Position numbers and translations under genes: made by a program | Shown: positions 1-13,050 of the stretch, piece after piece | Position numbering within the stretch: the first letter of the stretch is position 1 | Layout: every line of letters begins with the position of its first letter | Assembly: GCA_022605425.2 (NCBI GenBank) | Contig: JAKIMF020000011.1 | Location: 310,001-374,000, forward strand | DNA length: 64,000 nucleotides | Reading direction: 5' to 3' | Source: Hamiltosporidium tvaerminnensis FI-OER-3-3 | Taxonomy: Eukaryota; Fungi; Microsporidia | The notes under the pieces: generated by a model | The model's input: only the letters and a program-made list of their open reading frames with translations | What the model was told of the DNA's origin: nothing | Database searches by the model: none

Positions 1-3000
1 CTTAGGTTACTCAGAGCTACTATTGAATCGTCTAAAACTTATATGGTAATAAAATGTTTCTTCTTAGTTGATTTCATATGACTTTGTTTAATAAAACAGT
101 ATTATATTCATTTCTTTAGAATAGATTTTTTTCTTTACGCGAAAAAAGCTTGAGTACAAAAACTAAAACGAAACAAATATAAATTAAAATACCCTTTTTC
201 GCATTTTAATACTTCCAGTAGCTTACTGCATCTGCAATTTAGAAAAAGAAAAAAATATTTGAGATTTAAGTTATTTCAACGATTCTTCTTGTATAAGGAG
301 TATAATTTTTTTATACTATATTCAAATATTATTTATTGTGGTTTTAATCTACTGATTAAATATTTCTCAGGATTCAATAGGAAGATTTTATAGTAATGTA
401 GTTTTGGTCAATTGTATTTCTATTAGTTACTATGCTTTTTCGCTTACATATATGTTCTTCATATATATTTTAACATTGATTTACGAATGATTTAATAAGA
501 TAACTTTTTCAAGCAAGACTGCATAAAATTGCACTTGCTATTTTACTATAAGCATCAACCATTTGACATCAAATTTGCTATTTTTGTTTGGTTTATTGAG
601 TAAAATTATATTCGACGACAATTCATATATTTTGTATGATTGTTATATAGCTGCTCATTGCTATATTAAATTAAATTAAATAATCGGCTATAGAAATATG
701 GGCTTATATTTCGTTTTTCTATATAAATCATAGAGAATAATGTATAGATATTTAAACGGAAGTAAGATTTTTGAAAACAATTTATAAATACTTATTATTC
801 TAGTCGCTTTCTTAAAAGAAAGCCATCAAAAATATTTTATCTAATCAAAAGCTACTAAAAATTTTTAATATAAATATTTTATCTAGTTTAAAATAAGATT
901 TCATCTTTGCTCTCTTAATTTTTTGACATAAGCCTAAGAATCGCACTAATTAACTGTATTTTCGAAATAAAAAACTACCGATAGCTCCAATATAGGATTT
1001 TATTGTTATCAATAACAAATTTTTTTTAAAAACTCTCCTACTTTGAATTTGAGATTTCCAAATATAGACATCATAAGACTAAAGTTTCCTAACCGAGCCA
1101 TGTAAATCATTTTACATATATAATTTAGATTTCATTTGAGCAGAAATTCATTAAATATTTAAGCTTCGGTAATACTAATTTTTTTTAAACCTAGTTTCTT
1201 CCCAAAATAGATTTTAGTAATTGTTTAGGTATGAATTACTTTTCATTTTATTTAAACGTTTAGTGCCATAAAATATATGTAATAGCTTCATAATGTATAT
1301 ATTATCTAACGAAAAATGCAGATACATCCAATTTAATCATTAATCATCATATATTTAGAATGTCGAAACACATTTAACAAGTCATTCGAATGAAAGTCTT
1401 CGCTTTGAATACAGAATTTTTAATAAATTTATAATTTCTTATAAGTCCGTGCAATAATTTGCTGCTAGACATAATATCAAGAAAGATTTGGTTAAAAAAG
1501 TCATAGAAAGGTATGAGTTTACTCAGGCTCTTCTTTTTTTTTAAATTTATTTTTTATTTTATAACTCAAAACAATTACCCAATATAGAATAGGATCTGGT
1601 AACCGGTAAGGATTTTGGTAGGAGTTAAGTTTTTCTTGACTCTAATAAAATTCATCTATATACACTTAAAAAGCAATTCGAATATTTTAAAACAAAGCTA
1701 CGGATATTAGAAACAACCTCTATCACATCATAATATTATTTCATATGAATGATTTAAAAGGAATTTATATATTTACGAAGTAGCGCGGCGCAAAAGCTTT
1801 TTACAAAGAGAAAATGTTAATTTATCGCTAGAGTTTAATATTAAGCTCGTATAGCACAAAGTTGTATCATTTTTTACAGAATGCACAAGGAATTTTTTTT
1901 TAAATTCTAGAGTGAGAAATAAAACGACATATACGGTATGATTTTAATTTTCTCGGACGATCATTATCTTAATTTATCCATTTTCTGTTTTCTTATGCTT
2001 CTTTATTCTTTTTTTCATTTTTAAACGCTATTTTTTTTCTTATGATGCAACTAAAAATAATGAATATTATTTAATTTATTTTCTAAAAATATTCTTTTTA
2101 AGTAAATCAAATTATGATAAATCCAAATAGATTCCTATTTGCAGTAAAACATAGGTTTATTGTTCTTACAAAAAACATAGGAAAAAATTATAACGTAAAA
2201 TATAGAATAAGTCTTAGAAATATTCTCATCTAATAGTAAGTTTTTTTTACAAAAACTGATACATATTTTCACTTTTTATCTAACATTAGATTTGTTTTAG
2301 AAGAATTGTAACGAAATTATTCAATACCTTTGTCTTATTTGGTTAATTAATTTTAAGTTTCTTTTTAGAAAAAAATATCAAGTAAAGGTTGTATGAATCG
2401 AATTAAAAATATTCAAGATAATAGAAATACAAATTCTGAGACGGTAGAATCAAAAGAGAAAAAAAACTATTGTAGAATCAGCTTCCGCAAAAATAATGAA
2501 GTTTAAATAGAATATATGAGTGAACTAAAGAAAAACGCATATTAATTTTGTTTATTTTTACATTTTTTCTGGCTTATAAAAGTTCAAGTTACTTTTTATT
2601 AAAAAAATAGTTGGCTCATTTTATTTGCTTCAATATTAGTAGCCGGTAAGAATCTCCATATAATTTTTAAATTTTTCTTTGGTGATTTAAATTATAGAAA
2701 TTGTATAAAAGAAATAGTTATTGTAGCAATTTTGATATATTTTTCTATCACTATCGATATAATCATTGCTGTATAATTCCATCTTTTATTAATAAAAAAA
2801 AAATTTAAATCTTTGATCCTCTAGTTAATCCTAAAATTATTTGAAAATTAATTTCAAGTATAATTTTTATTTATGACTTGTCTAAATTATTAGCCTTTAA
2901 TGATAATCAAACAACAAGGTAATATTTAAATCGAAAAAAAATTTCTATAAAAAAGCAGAGTTTTTAATTAGTCATTCTAATGCGAGCTGTAAATTATTAT

Positions 3001-5709
3001 TTATTTTTTAGTTATCTTAATTTAATTTTAACGGCATAATAAAAAAAAGAATAAAAAATTTGAGCAATTTTATTTGTAGTTATAAATAAAAATTCTGAAC
3101 ATATGATGATAAATGACTCATAAAACAACCAGAGGAAGTTAATACTTAGAAAATATACCCGCAATTAAAATAAAAATAATCTAAGATTTTAAATTATATA
3201 ATAAGTAAGAGACAGTTGCATAAGTAAAGGAAGGAATAATACGTTAGAAGTGTCATGATAATTATAGTTGTAGACTCAACTAATTTAAATCGACAATAAA
3301 ATTGTAAATTTACCTCCTTCTTTTATTTAAGCTTAAAAAGAAATGTTTGAATAAAATTCAATTCTTAACATATTTTAAATTGAATATAATCTGTAATCAT
3401 ATTTATAAATTTTGAGATTAATTTTTTAATTAAAAAATATCTGTAAGTTATAGTAACTTGATTTAACAGCTAATGATATTATAAAATTGTTTTAAAATCT
3501 ATTTTGATTTTTTAGAACAAAACCGGTCTTAGAATAACTGAATAACACGAATTTTTATACAACCTGTTCTATTCCTTCATATATTATGATAAATGTTGAT
3601 ATAAAAAGACAAAAACCATTTTTGGTAAACGAAATTCGCCAATCGGGTTTATTTATTTGGTTTAAATTCACCCACCACATGGTTTTCAGAGCTTTTTTTT
3701 CAAAGTAAGGTTTCCCCTATCAGTTTTTTTTAAAAATCTTTTTTATCAAAAACGTGAAACTTTTACACTTTCCTTGTTTAGATTGAAAGGTTATCTAATA
3801 ATTTGTAACTATTTTTTTGCAATAAAATATACATGACGTTATTTTGGAACATAGAACGTAAGTTTCCGCTTAAATAAATATAATTTAAATATTGACCAAT
3901 ATTTTTGAAATAATGATCTGAATCTTTACTTTAACTATATTTACATATACGTTTACGGGTTTAAGCTCGCGTTTTTAATTTTTGGTTTAGAATTATAGTT
4001 TGATTTTGTATAAATATGTCGTTAAAAGCTATACAAAATGGGTGTCGGTTTTAAAATGGCTCACTTAGACAGTATTTGTCTGTCGTGTATCGTTTTTTCG
4101 ATATAATCAGCATTTTCTTACACTTTTTACAGAATGTTAATCACAGTAAGTAAGACAAGAAATGATGTTTTTAGTATAAATCTCCAAATTACTTTCAAAT
4201 ACTATGAAGAATCATGCAAACGCATGCTATAGTCTCTAGAAAACGAAGAAAGAACTGTATCATCGATATTCGACTATAGATCTATTATAGATTACGCCAA
4301 GCCTTAGTAATTTTAGCTGACCAAGGTTTAAAATATACAGCCAGTCATTTTATATTCTTTCGAGAAAAAAAAATTCTCTAAAAAATATATGCCAGTTTGG
4401 CCGTTAGAACCCGTTTAAAACCCGAATCGAAGTGATAGAATGTTTTCTGCGGATTTATGCCTGTTTTTTTCGAACGCGATGTCCTTACGAGTTCGATGGC
4501 GTTTTTTGCATTATTTTTCATCGAATTTTTATTCAAAATTAGTTTGTCATATAATTTAGAAGTTATAGATTACCATTTAAAAATTTATACTAATATTATT
4601 TATTATTCTCGATTATAACTACTCAGAGATTCTTTAAAAAGGCATATGGAGACATTTAGTAGAGAAATGTCTCAATATAAATATCATAGCTAAATCTTAA
4701 ATTTGTAATTTTTCATGTTCCAAAAAATCAAATTAACTCGTAATAGTAAATATTTATTTAGTTTTTTTTATTAATTCTCTGATTGTTTTTTCAGCTTAGC
4801 TAAAAATGAACAATACGAATATAATTTTTTTAATTGGTATGTTCACTGCTATATCAGCAAATACTACCAATCGCAAAATCTTTTACAGAAATATTGATTA
4901 TACCGACATAAAATACACATTGAAAATATTTCTAGACTTTACTTCGCAACCCAATCTATATTTTGTGATAGAAATATAAGCAGTATCAGAGAGCAATCAA
5001 GAAATTCGTAGCTACAATTTTGCTCAATAATCTATCCACCTTTGTCTAAAAATTAACCTATGCTGTTTTTTTATAATATATTATTCTTTTTTGTTTATTT
5101 CATGATTTATAAACAGTGAATATTAATTTAATAAATAACTGACAGTGTATCTAATTAATTTACGATCAACGCTTTACAAACCAAATACCATAACAATAAA
5201 TTAACAACAAATATATTTTTTTAAAAGGTTTTTATCACAATTTTTTATTCGAATGAGGCGTCAAATAGTATATAAAAAAATTAATGATGTCAAAGTCAAC
5301 AATCCCCATATATAATAAAACTCATTGTTTACATATCACTCTTTAAAGCTGATATACCCTTTATCTTTTTATATAGCCCTTTTATTTCTATATCCTTATG
5401 ACCTATTTATCACCGCTATTTCTATACATCTTCTGGATTCACATGTCTTCCCATTATTTCTGATCCATTTTTTCTACGGATTTTTTTTATGAAAAGGTTA
5501 ATATTTCTTAAATATCAATAAAACATCAAATAAAATTTATTTTTTTCATTTATTTTTTGACTTTGTTAATATTTGTAAAGCAAAAAAATATTGTAAAATT
5601 ATAGATACTGCACTAAACAACATAAAAAGTTTATAAGTTGGAAATTTCATCTATTTTGTTTCTTTTTATGTGATTTAATTTTTGGTATATATAAATGTAA
5701 TGTAACCAC

Positions 5710-6590
5710 AATGCCGAAGATTATCGGTTTTAAAATAAACAAAAAAATCATAGACTTACAACATTTGTTAAAGACTGATAGATATAAGCTGGGTATTCTA
5801 ATAAGAAAAGAGATTTTTGGATCAGAAAGGAGAATTTTTTACTTTGCTCAGAGATGATATTTGCTTTAAAGAGAGCGAATCATTTAATACAGAGTCGACT
5901 TTGGATTTTAAACTGTCTCGATTAAACATATTATTGAAACAAAACACACTATTGCCTACATTGGAGTAAATAAAATGATGCGATTTATTGGGAAAAAATA
6001 CTTTGGGATTTCCAAAGTATGCATAAAAAAGTACGTTAAAAATTGTGAAGCATGCGGCAGATTTAATTCCTTAAACACAAAAAGGTAATTTATACCAACT
6101 ATATTAAAAAATATATTTTTTTTCACAATGGGTCATGTAGATCCCAAGATATACAGTGCTCAAAATGAATAACATTGCTTGATTCTCAATGTAATTAACA
6201 CATATATAAAATATATCTGGTGCTCTAAGACAATTACAAGACTTCACATTTAATAAAATATTCATAGACTTTTCTGATTTTCACTTCTACAGTTCTAGTT
6301 AAAAGCAATCAGATAGCAGTCGATATTTTAAAAATTTACTCTTCGAAATAGCATTTAATTGTCTAAGGATCAATTTTATATATAGAAGACTTCGCCTTCT
6401 AAAGTGCTTTAAGCCGAACGTGCAAATCAGACTATTAAAAATGGTTAACAGAGAAAAGGCACGAAATAGATAAAAGAAGCTATATTAGTCATTTTAACCA
6501 TTTTGTTTATGTACATAATAGAATACTACATAGTTCAACAACTAAAACTCATTATATGTATTTCTTCGGACAACTAGGTTTTAATAATTC
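5710..6590 (+). mobile_element. Degenerate DDE integrase/transposase (H2C2 zinc-binding + rve core; Ginger/KRBA2-like or LTR-element integrase), pseudogene
   Basis: Manual translation from 5945 gives HTIAYIGVNKMMRFIGKKYFGISKVCIKKYVKNCEAC (integrase H2C2 pattern). From ~6128 it reads MGHVDPKIYSAQNE*HCLILNVINTYIKYIW, at ~6306 QSDSSRYFKN (cf. QSDNGREF), at ~6413 AERANQTIK, and at ~6515 HNRILHSSTTKTHYMYFFGQLGFN (cf. YN...HS.T..TP..L.FG). Motifs are collinear but broken by stops and frameshifts. Confidence 0.72.
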
Positions 6591-7784
6591 TCTTCTAAAA
6601 GAAAGCAAACGAAAAAAAAACATGTGTGATAGTACTTTCTTTTCGGCTAGGCTCTGGTACAGTTTTTACGCGAGAAAATGCGGGTATATTTAGTGAATCC
6701 CAGTGATTATTTCAGATGTGCATGAAAAAGGGAATGAAAAAGTAAGTATTACAATTGCTATAATACTTTTTTTCTCGATAAACAAATAGTAAAATTGCAG
6801 CGAATATTTTTAAACATTGGAAAAATTAATGAGAAAGAATTTTAAAGAGCAAAAATTACAAAGGGTACACGAGAGACTTATTTATTGAAGTTAAAATCTA
6901 TATGCAAAAAAAGACTTAGACATGTATAAAAAACTAAAAGAACATATTTTGAATTGTTTTATGATAATTTTTCTGCATAGGTATGGCTATTTTGATAAAA
7001 ATAACATCAATGATTTTAAAATAACGAAGGTATTACAAGAACAGTATAAAGAGACGTAATAAAAGTATTTATATAAATTTAGTCTATTTGCAATCATAAT
7101 GTTAGATTTTCGTGGTTAATGCTAACAATAAAATTTCTATTTTAATTGTGCTGAAAATCAAAGAATATTTTTGGAACAAACTCAACTTCAAAAGTACCTT
7201 TGCACCTAACAATCGAATCCTAATAAGTTTAAAAAGACTCTTCTTTTATCGAATATACGGGATTTAGCTGTAATTTATTGAATATTTCGAGGTATATTAG
7301 ACACCGGGGCTTTATTGACCATGGCATCGAATGTAAAATAATTATGTGCTAATTTCATTAAATATTTTATCTAAATGGATATAAAATAATAATAGGCATA
7401 ATTTTTACCACTTTTTTTTCTCGAAATAAAAAAACTGAGTTAAAAACTAGAATTATCTATTATCTCTTCTCTCTGCATAATTCCTTATATTTGTTATGCC
7501 CAGGCTTGCAATTCTCTAAAGATTTTTAAAATATAGATTGATTCATTAATATTCATCGATTCCACTTTAATTATAAACTTACACTTGAGTGTTCTATAGC
7601 ATATGTATCATAATGATGTAACAGATTTAAAATTTATGAAAGAATTCATCTTATATAGTGATTCCTGGTTTTTATATTTTAGTAAAAATTTAATTATATA
7701 CAATCTGATTTAAGCTTAGAGGTTAAAAATCTGTTAAGAATACTAATATTTATATCTAAAGGCCAACTTACTCATTTATTAACT

Positions 7785-7980
7785 TCATCTCTAACTTCTC
7801 GGGTTCAGGTAGACACATGTAATTTTCAAAAGGCTTACTTTATTATGTTCTGATCCGGATTATAGAATATTGGACAGAAACAGTGTAGTTTATATCCCAC
7901 AAAAACAGTAGCAATAATTTTAACCTCAATTCTACACACTCATTGCCAATAAATCGTTATTAACGTGGTTATTATCCCTC
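7785..7980 (+). repeat. Dispersed repeat, short form, copy S1 (diverged)
   Basis: Shares GGATTATAGAA..., TTTATATCCCACAAAA, TCATTGCCAA and GTGGTTAT blocks in the same order with 21838-22064 and with the reverse complement of 53849-54078. Confidence 0.75.
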
Positions 7981-8136
7981 GCATGGGCTAATGTACCCGA
8001 TAAATTTAATTTAAATAGACTTCTTTACTTGTTTAATTATTTTTTGATTTATATGTGTTAATGCTCGAATCTTCGAATTAGAAATCGCTTAATTGTAATA
8101 AAATTGATAAGAAAACAAAATTTAAATACCAGAAAT

Positions 8137-8538
8137 TTAATAAATATTACTATCGTTCTTTGGAATTAAAAGCGTTGTTAAAATAGTAATTATATATAAA
8201 AATATTACCAAGGCCGCAAAAATTAAAATCAAAATTACTCTTAATCTATCTGTTATATCACCAAAAACAAGCTCGGAGATACAATAAAGAGATAAAGAAA
8301 ATCCTATTATAGTACTTGATTCAATCCACAAGTTATTTTCGCCCCAATTTGAAATACACCAAACAAAATTCAAGATGCATAAGAATATGCACATACATAA
8401 CGTTAATTTTCGCCATGGATCGCTCGTATTTTCCTTTCGACAATTTTCACTTGCAGAATCAAGTTCAATCAAAATTTTTTCATTTTGAAATTTCACGATT
8501 GAATTTTTTTTTATGCTTTTAATAGTTTCGTCGCTCAT
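8137..8538 (-). CDS. Hypothetical membrane protein, 133 aa, ~3 hydrophobic segments
   Basis: ATG-initiated ORF with a hydrophilic N-terminus followed by three hydrophobic stretches (LTLCMCIFLCILNFVWCI; TIIGFSLSLYCISELVF; VILILIFAALVIFLYIITILTTLLI). No family recognised. Confidence 0.55.
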   Translation of the reverse strand: MSDETIKSIKKNSIVKFQNEKILIELDSASENCRKENTSDPWRKLTLCMCIFLCILNFVWCISNWGENNLWIESSTIIGFSLSLYCISELVFGDITDRLRVILILIFAALVIFLYIITILTTLLIPKNDSNIY

Positions 8539-9310
8539 ATGACGCTTATTTTTTTCTATTATTAAACAACTGTAATATTAAACAGTATAAATATGGAAAT
8601 TATAAAAATTTGTTGATCAAATAAACAACTTTCAAAACCGAAATTACCTCGTTTTAATATTTTTTTTAAAAAGAAATTGCTTGTAATTTACTATAAATAG
8701 AAATTTTTTTTATTAAGTTATAGAATTTTCCCAAAAGAATTATTGATATGAACTTTATTTGATTAGTTTACTCTAAAAAATTCTTTAAGAAAATATTTTT
8801 AGAGTTTATTACTTCTCTTTATTTGTATAATTGAATTCAAGCATTTTCTTTATATGTTTTTTAATGTAGAATATATCTTTAGTTCTTTAATAAAAACTTT
8901 TAATGTGATTTAAGCTTCAATACGAGATTTTATTTGATAAATTAAAATTCTAACTTTGGAAGAATAAAAGCAACCAAGATGGTTTTCAATTAAATCAAAA
9001 GTGAAAGAATAAATATTTTAGACGTTAATTTAAGATAAAAGTAGATAAGATATAAACTTATCAAATTAGAAGTTATTAAATTAGAATTTAAAATTTAAGT
9101 AAATAATTAAGAAGAATGATTATTTGATCTTTTATGTTCGTTGGGCGCTCAAAATTAAAATAATAAACTGCAACTTCGTGTTTCATAAAGGTATCGAAGA
9201 ATCAAACCAAGGTTTATAATCAAATACAAATTTAGAAACAATCAAAATACGAAACGAAGTTTTAGATTTTTTTATTCTGAACAAAAACATTGAAAAAGAA
9301 AAAATATTTG

Positions 9311-9877
9311 ATGTTATTACTTCTGTTATATTTTTATTTGAACGATTGTATATTTGTAAAATTTAATTTTATAGTGAATGAAAAAGTATATATTTCTTTA
9401 AATAAGTCTTATGGTGACTATCCCGGCGAAATTATTGGTATAACAGATACATGGCAATCAGTTCTAACAAATTACTGCAATGTAGCAGAAATGAGACATA
9501 TTGATGAAAATGTTTATGATATTTTCTTTTGTGGCTTTAAATTATGTTATGATGAAGAAAATAATATTTTACAAGGATGTATTGGAGACGAGTATTTAAC
9601 TAAATGGAGGCTTGACGAACTAAATGAAAAAGAAAAAGTATACCGACTAAGAAATAATGGACACTGTATAAATTTATTAGGCAATTCTATATTACATATG
9701 AGTTCATGCGATAAGAATTATAAACCCAACGAATTACTAAAAATGAAAATATATCTCCCGCCATCTCCATTTGAAAAAAATTTCGGTGGATCACAAGCCT
9801 TTAATAACAGTCTTTTTGTCTATAACATGTCAAATACTGAAAATCTACATCGACTAAGATCGTTGGAATTGAAGTGA
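9311..9877 (+). CDS. Putative secreted ricin-B-lectin-like (beta-trefoil) protein
   Basis: The first ATG at 9311 gives the signal-like MLLLLLYFYLNDC. Paired cysteines in FCGFKLCYDEENNILQGC and KWRL...YRLRNNGHCINL...HMSSCD match the repeat pattern of microsporidian ricin-B-like proteins. The ORF track starts it at TTG 9290. Confidence 0.6.
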   Translation: MLLLLLYFYLNDCIFVKFNFIVNEKVYISLNKSYGDYPGEIIGITDTWQSVLTNYCNVAEMRHIDENVYDIFFCGFKLCYDEENNILQGCIGDEYLTKWRLDELNEKEKVYRLRNNGHCINLLGNSILHMSSCDKNYKPNELLKMKIYLPPSPFEKNFGGSQAFNNSLFVYNMSNTENLHRLRSLELK

Positions 9878-10442
9878 AAATTAAATTTTAATCTATTTTT
9901 TCGAGGTCTAGTTAGTATAAAAATTTAAAAACTTTTTTAATAATTTAAATATTTTATATTTCTATTAAATTTTACAACTTTAAGATTTTAAAATTGGTTA
10001 TTCTCCAAAGTTTTTTTTAATTTTTTACAATTTCCTGATTTGTTTAATAAATTTATTTTTAACAAAAATTAATGGCTGCGTAATATAATTTGTATTCTAT
10101 TTAGAAATCATACATTTGTAATAAAATTTGTATTCTATTTATAAAAGTGTTAAAACCAATTTGTTTTTTTTTTATAAAAGAATTTAACTTTGCATTTGTA
10201 TTCTATTTATAAAGCAATTTGAATCATGAAAATACTATATTTAATAAAACAATATAACTTTATAATTTTAAGAAAGTGAACGAATCATTTTATATTTTTG
10301 ATTAGAAGTAAATAAATATTTTATTTGTTTAATTTAAAGTTTTAAAGTTGAAAGCTGATTCATTTTTATGGTAACAAGAATTCATGAATCTTGAAACAGT
10401 ATAATTTTGTAGATTTCAAGGTTTATTATAATAATTTTTTTT

Positions 10443-11609
10443 TTATTTTTTATTCTTGGCTTTTGTCGCGATATTAATAACACTTTCTGGTATTTCACTT
10501 TTATTTTCTTTTAATACAGTAATAACTCTATCTAATTTTAAGAAATCTTCTTTTGTGAAAAGAGTTATTACTTTCTGATCGCAGAAATTGTTTCTATTTA
10601 CTCTACCGATTCTATGAATAAAATTGGTTTTACTTTTTGGAAAATTATAATTTATTACGGATTTGACGTTATAAAAGTCCATACCACGACTCAATCTATC
10701 GCTACAAAAAAGTATCCAAATTTTTTTAAGTCTAAAATCGTCCAAAACTTTTTGATCATTTTTAAAGAAAACCGCACTTTTCTCAAAGCGCTTAGACAAT
10801 TCAACGGCAGTTTCTTCTTTTTTAACAAATATTAAACACGGGAATGGAATTCCTTCATCGACACGTGTTTTCAAAGAGATTTGTTTGAGCGAGTTAGTTG
10901 TACAGAACAAGAATTCATGATTTATTGCATTTAAAGAAAACACAGATATTTTTGTGACATCGAAAACACAAGATATTTCAGTTACAATCTTATTTATTGT
11001 AGCGCTGAAAACACTCAAACAAACTTTTTTTAAATCTATTAAAGAAAATAATTTTTCTAAATTTTTTAAATTATTTTTAGAAAATATCAAATCTGCTTCA
11101 TCAATAATTAAATATCTTATATTTTTCAATAAAATAATATTTTCTGTTTCAAATAATATTTCTGGTGTAGAAACAATAATATCATACCTCTTATTGTCAA
11201 TAGATTTCAAATCTTTAGAATTTTTTATTTTAAGAATATTTAGTTTCTCATCTTTAATCATTTCAATAACTGAACATATTTGTTCTTGGAGAATTGAATT
11301 TGGAACGAGAATAAGAGATTTCTTTTTCAAGTGCAAAATAGGAATAAGAAATGCGAGTGTTTTTCCACTTCCCGTATGTGAATTTACTATAATACTTCTT
11401 TTATTTATAAAATATGGTATAACTAATCGTTGTATCAATAATGGTTTTATAAATCCAGATTTATTTAATTTATTTTGTAATTCTATATTCACAAATTCAA
11501 ATGATTTTATTTCTTCTAATTTTTTACCGGTAATTTCATATCTCTGCATTCTTTCTATCTTTTCTGCTTTGGTATTTTGTTTTATACCTTTTAATAAAAT
11601 ATTTTCCAT
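10443..11609 (-). CDS. ROK1: ATP-dependent DEAD-box RNA helicase, Rok1/DDX52-like
   Basis: Q motif (GFIKPLLIQ), HTGSGKT, TP, DEAD, SAT, SRGMDF and HRIGRVNR are all present. GIPFPCLIFV and FRLKKIWILFC resemble Rok1-specific segments. The helicase call is firm; the orthology call is less so. Confidence 0.85.
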   Translation of the reverse strand: MENILLKGIKQNTKAEKIERMQRYEITGKKLEEIKSFEFVNIELQNKLNKSGFIKPLLIQRLVIPYFINKRSIIVNSHTGSGKTLAFLIPILHLKKKSLILVPNSILQEQICSVIEMIKDEKLNILKIKNSKDLKSIDNKRYDIIVSTPEILFETENIILLKNIRYLIIDEADLIFSKNNLKNLEKLFSLIDLKKVCLSVFSATINKIVTEISCVFDVTKISVFSLNAINHEFLFCTTNSLKQISLKTRVDEGIPFPCLIFVKKEETAVELSKRFEKSAVFFKNDQKVLDDFRLKKIWILFCSDRLSRGMDFYNVKSVINYNFPKSKTNFIHRIGRVNRNNFCDQKVITLFTKEDFLKLDRVITVLKENKSEIPESVINIATKAKNKK

Positions 11610-11621
11610 ATGGGTTGGTTG
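11610..11621 (-). promoter_or_regulatory. Microsporidian CCC-like motif upstream of the helicase start
   Basis: Minus strand reads AACCAACCCAT-ATG, with CCC 3-5 nt before the ATG, as is typical of microsporidian genes. Confidence 0.6.
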
Positions 11622-11914
11622 TTTTCACTTTATAATTTATTGTTTGATTTTATATCTTTATAAAATATTTGCCAAAAAAGTCGTTTTTTTTCAAAATATT
11701 GCGAAATGACAGTTAAAAATTTTAGAAAAATATTTATAAATGAAGGATTTTGATTCAGTTGATTTCTTCCTTTTTTTTCTAATATTGCAATTCAAATTTA
11801 TTGTTCTTACTAAACTTAAAATATATATTTTAAATTCATTTGTTTAGGAAGTATTTTCTTTCGCGGTTGAAAATTTTTTTTATTATATTTTTTTTAATAT
11901 CAAACTTATTTTCA

Positions 11915-12800
11915 ATATCCCATCAGTTAATAAGCCTCAATTAACTAAAATATAGGCTAAAATAAAAACAAGAAATAAATTTTATATAAAAAACTCAAGT
12001 AAAAATTTATATAACAAAATAGAAAACGAAAAATTGCATCCAATTAAAAAATGCTCAAATAATGAATTGATAAGTGTTATTGGTTTTTTCAATGACTTAA
12101 GAAAGGGAGCATCAAGCTATTTATCGAAGTTGGTATTCCGCTACATTAGGGAAAGAAATATATCTGGCTAAAGAAGGAAAGTGTGATTTCTGGAAACTTT
12201 AGAAAGCCAGTGAAATATTGATAAACAGATGTACAGAGCATTCTCAAAAGACTATATCAAAAGTCATAATGAGAGAGGTCGGCGTCTGGATCAGATTCTT
12301 CTTAAAGCATTTAAATTTGAATTTTATAAACAAACTATCCAAGTAACGTGGCTCAATAAATTCTTGAAATTGAGTGTGTGGAAATATTTTAAAAGGCAGA
12401 AATAAAAACTGATGCCAAAACTCGAAATTATAGACTAGATATGTAAATCTTGAATTATAAATCAAATTCTATATTCCTAAGGTAGTTGCTACTTCAAGAA
12501 ATTCGAAGAAAATCTTTGAAGCGAAAAAAACCAAGCATTCCGACACATTTACTAATTAATTAGTGCTTATTTATAACTACAGGGTGTATTCCAATTTAAT
12601 GACCTCGGAGAATATTGAAACTAAATACCATAAATGTAACCAAGAAGCTTCAAATACCAGCAAAAGACACAAGACCTATATGCAATCAAAAATGTTTAAA
12701 GGAAGTCGAAACTACTTTTTTGATCGACGAAGAGTTTAAGAATCTAAGCCAATAGCCAAAGAGACCAGAAAAGATATATAAGATCATAAACTTTAAAAAA
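11915..12800 (+). mobile_element. Old 3' fragment of the RLE-type non-LTR retrotransposon (copy 3)
   Basis: Collinear with 19120-20000: TTATATAACAAAATAGAAAA, KDYIKSHNE (cf. HDCTRRHHE), AATAAAAACTGATG, MTSENIETKYHK (cf. MTWDGI.TK), GTCGAAAC and an identical TTTGATCGACGAAGAG at ~12719. Confidence 0.8.
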
Positions 12801-13050
12801 ATGTCAAGAACAGCCAATATCTCTTTAAAAATGCATTTCAAAAGAAACAATTGGTTAAGTAAACAAATACATAAATTATTAAACATAAAATATGGATAAT
12901 CGTTTGAATTCAAAACTTTGACTTTAAATATATAAAATCACTCAAATATTAAGCAACAATCAAATAAAAAAAGAACTATATTACGCCAGTGAATATGATG
13001 CAAGTAAAACAAGGTGCAATATATTTTTTGTAAAGAATTTAAAATAGACT

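Noticed and set aside
3510-4510. Possible BED/Merlin zinc finger (minus strand CKKCKKML...RHP at ~4035-4130) with scattered AACCCG/CGGTTT motifs
   Set aside because: Only a single CxxC with stops on both sides. No TIR pair or catalytic motifs found, so support is insufficient.
10954-11709. 251-aa + strand ORF (and 10614-10835)
   Set aside because: Antisense shadow of the DEAD-box helicase, with a non-ATG start and no motifs.
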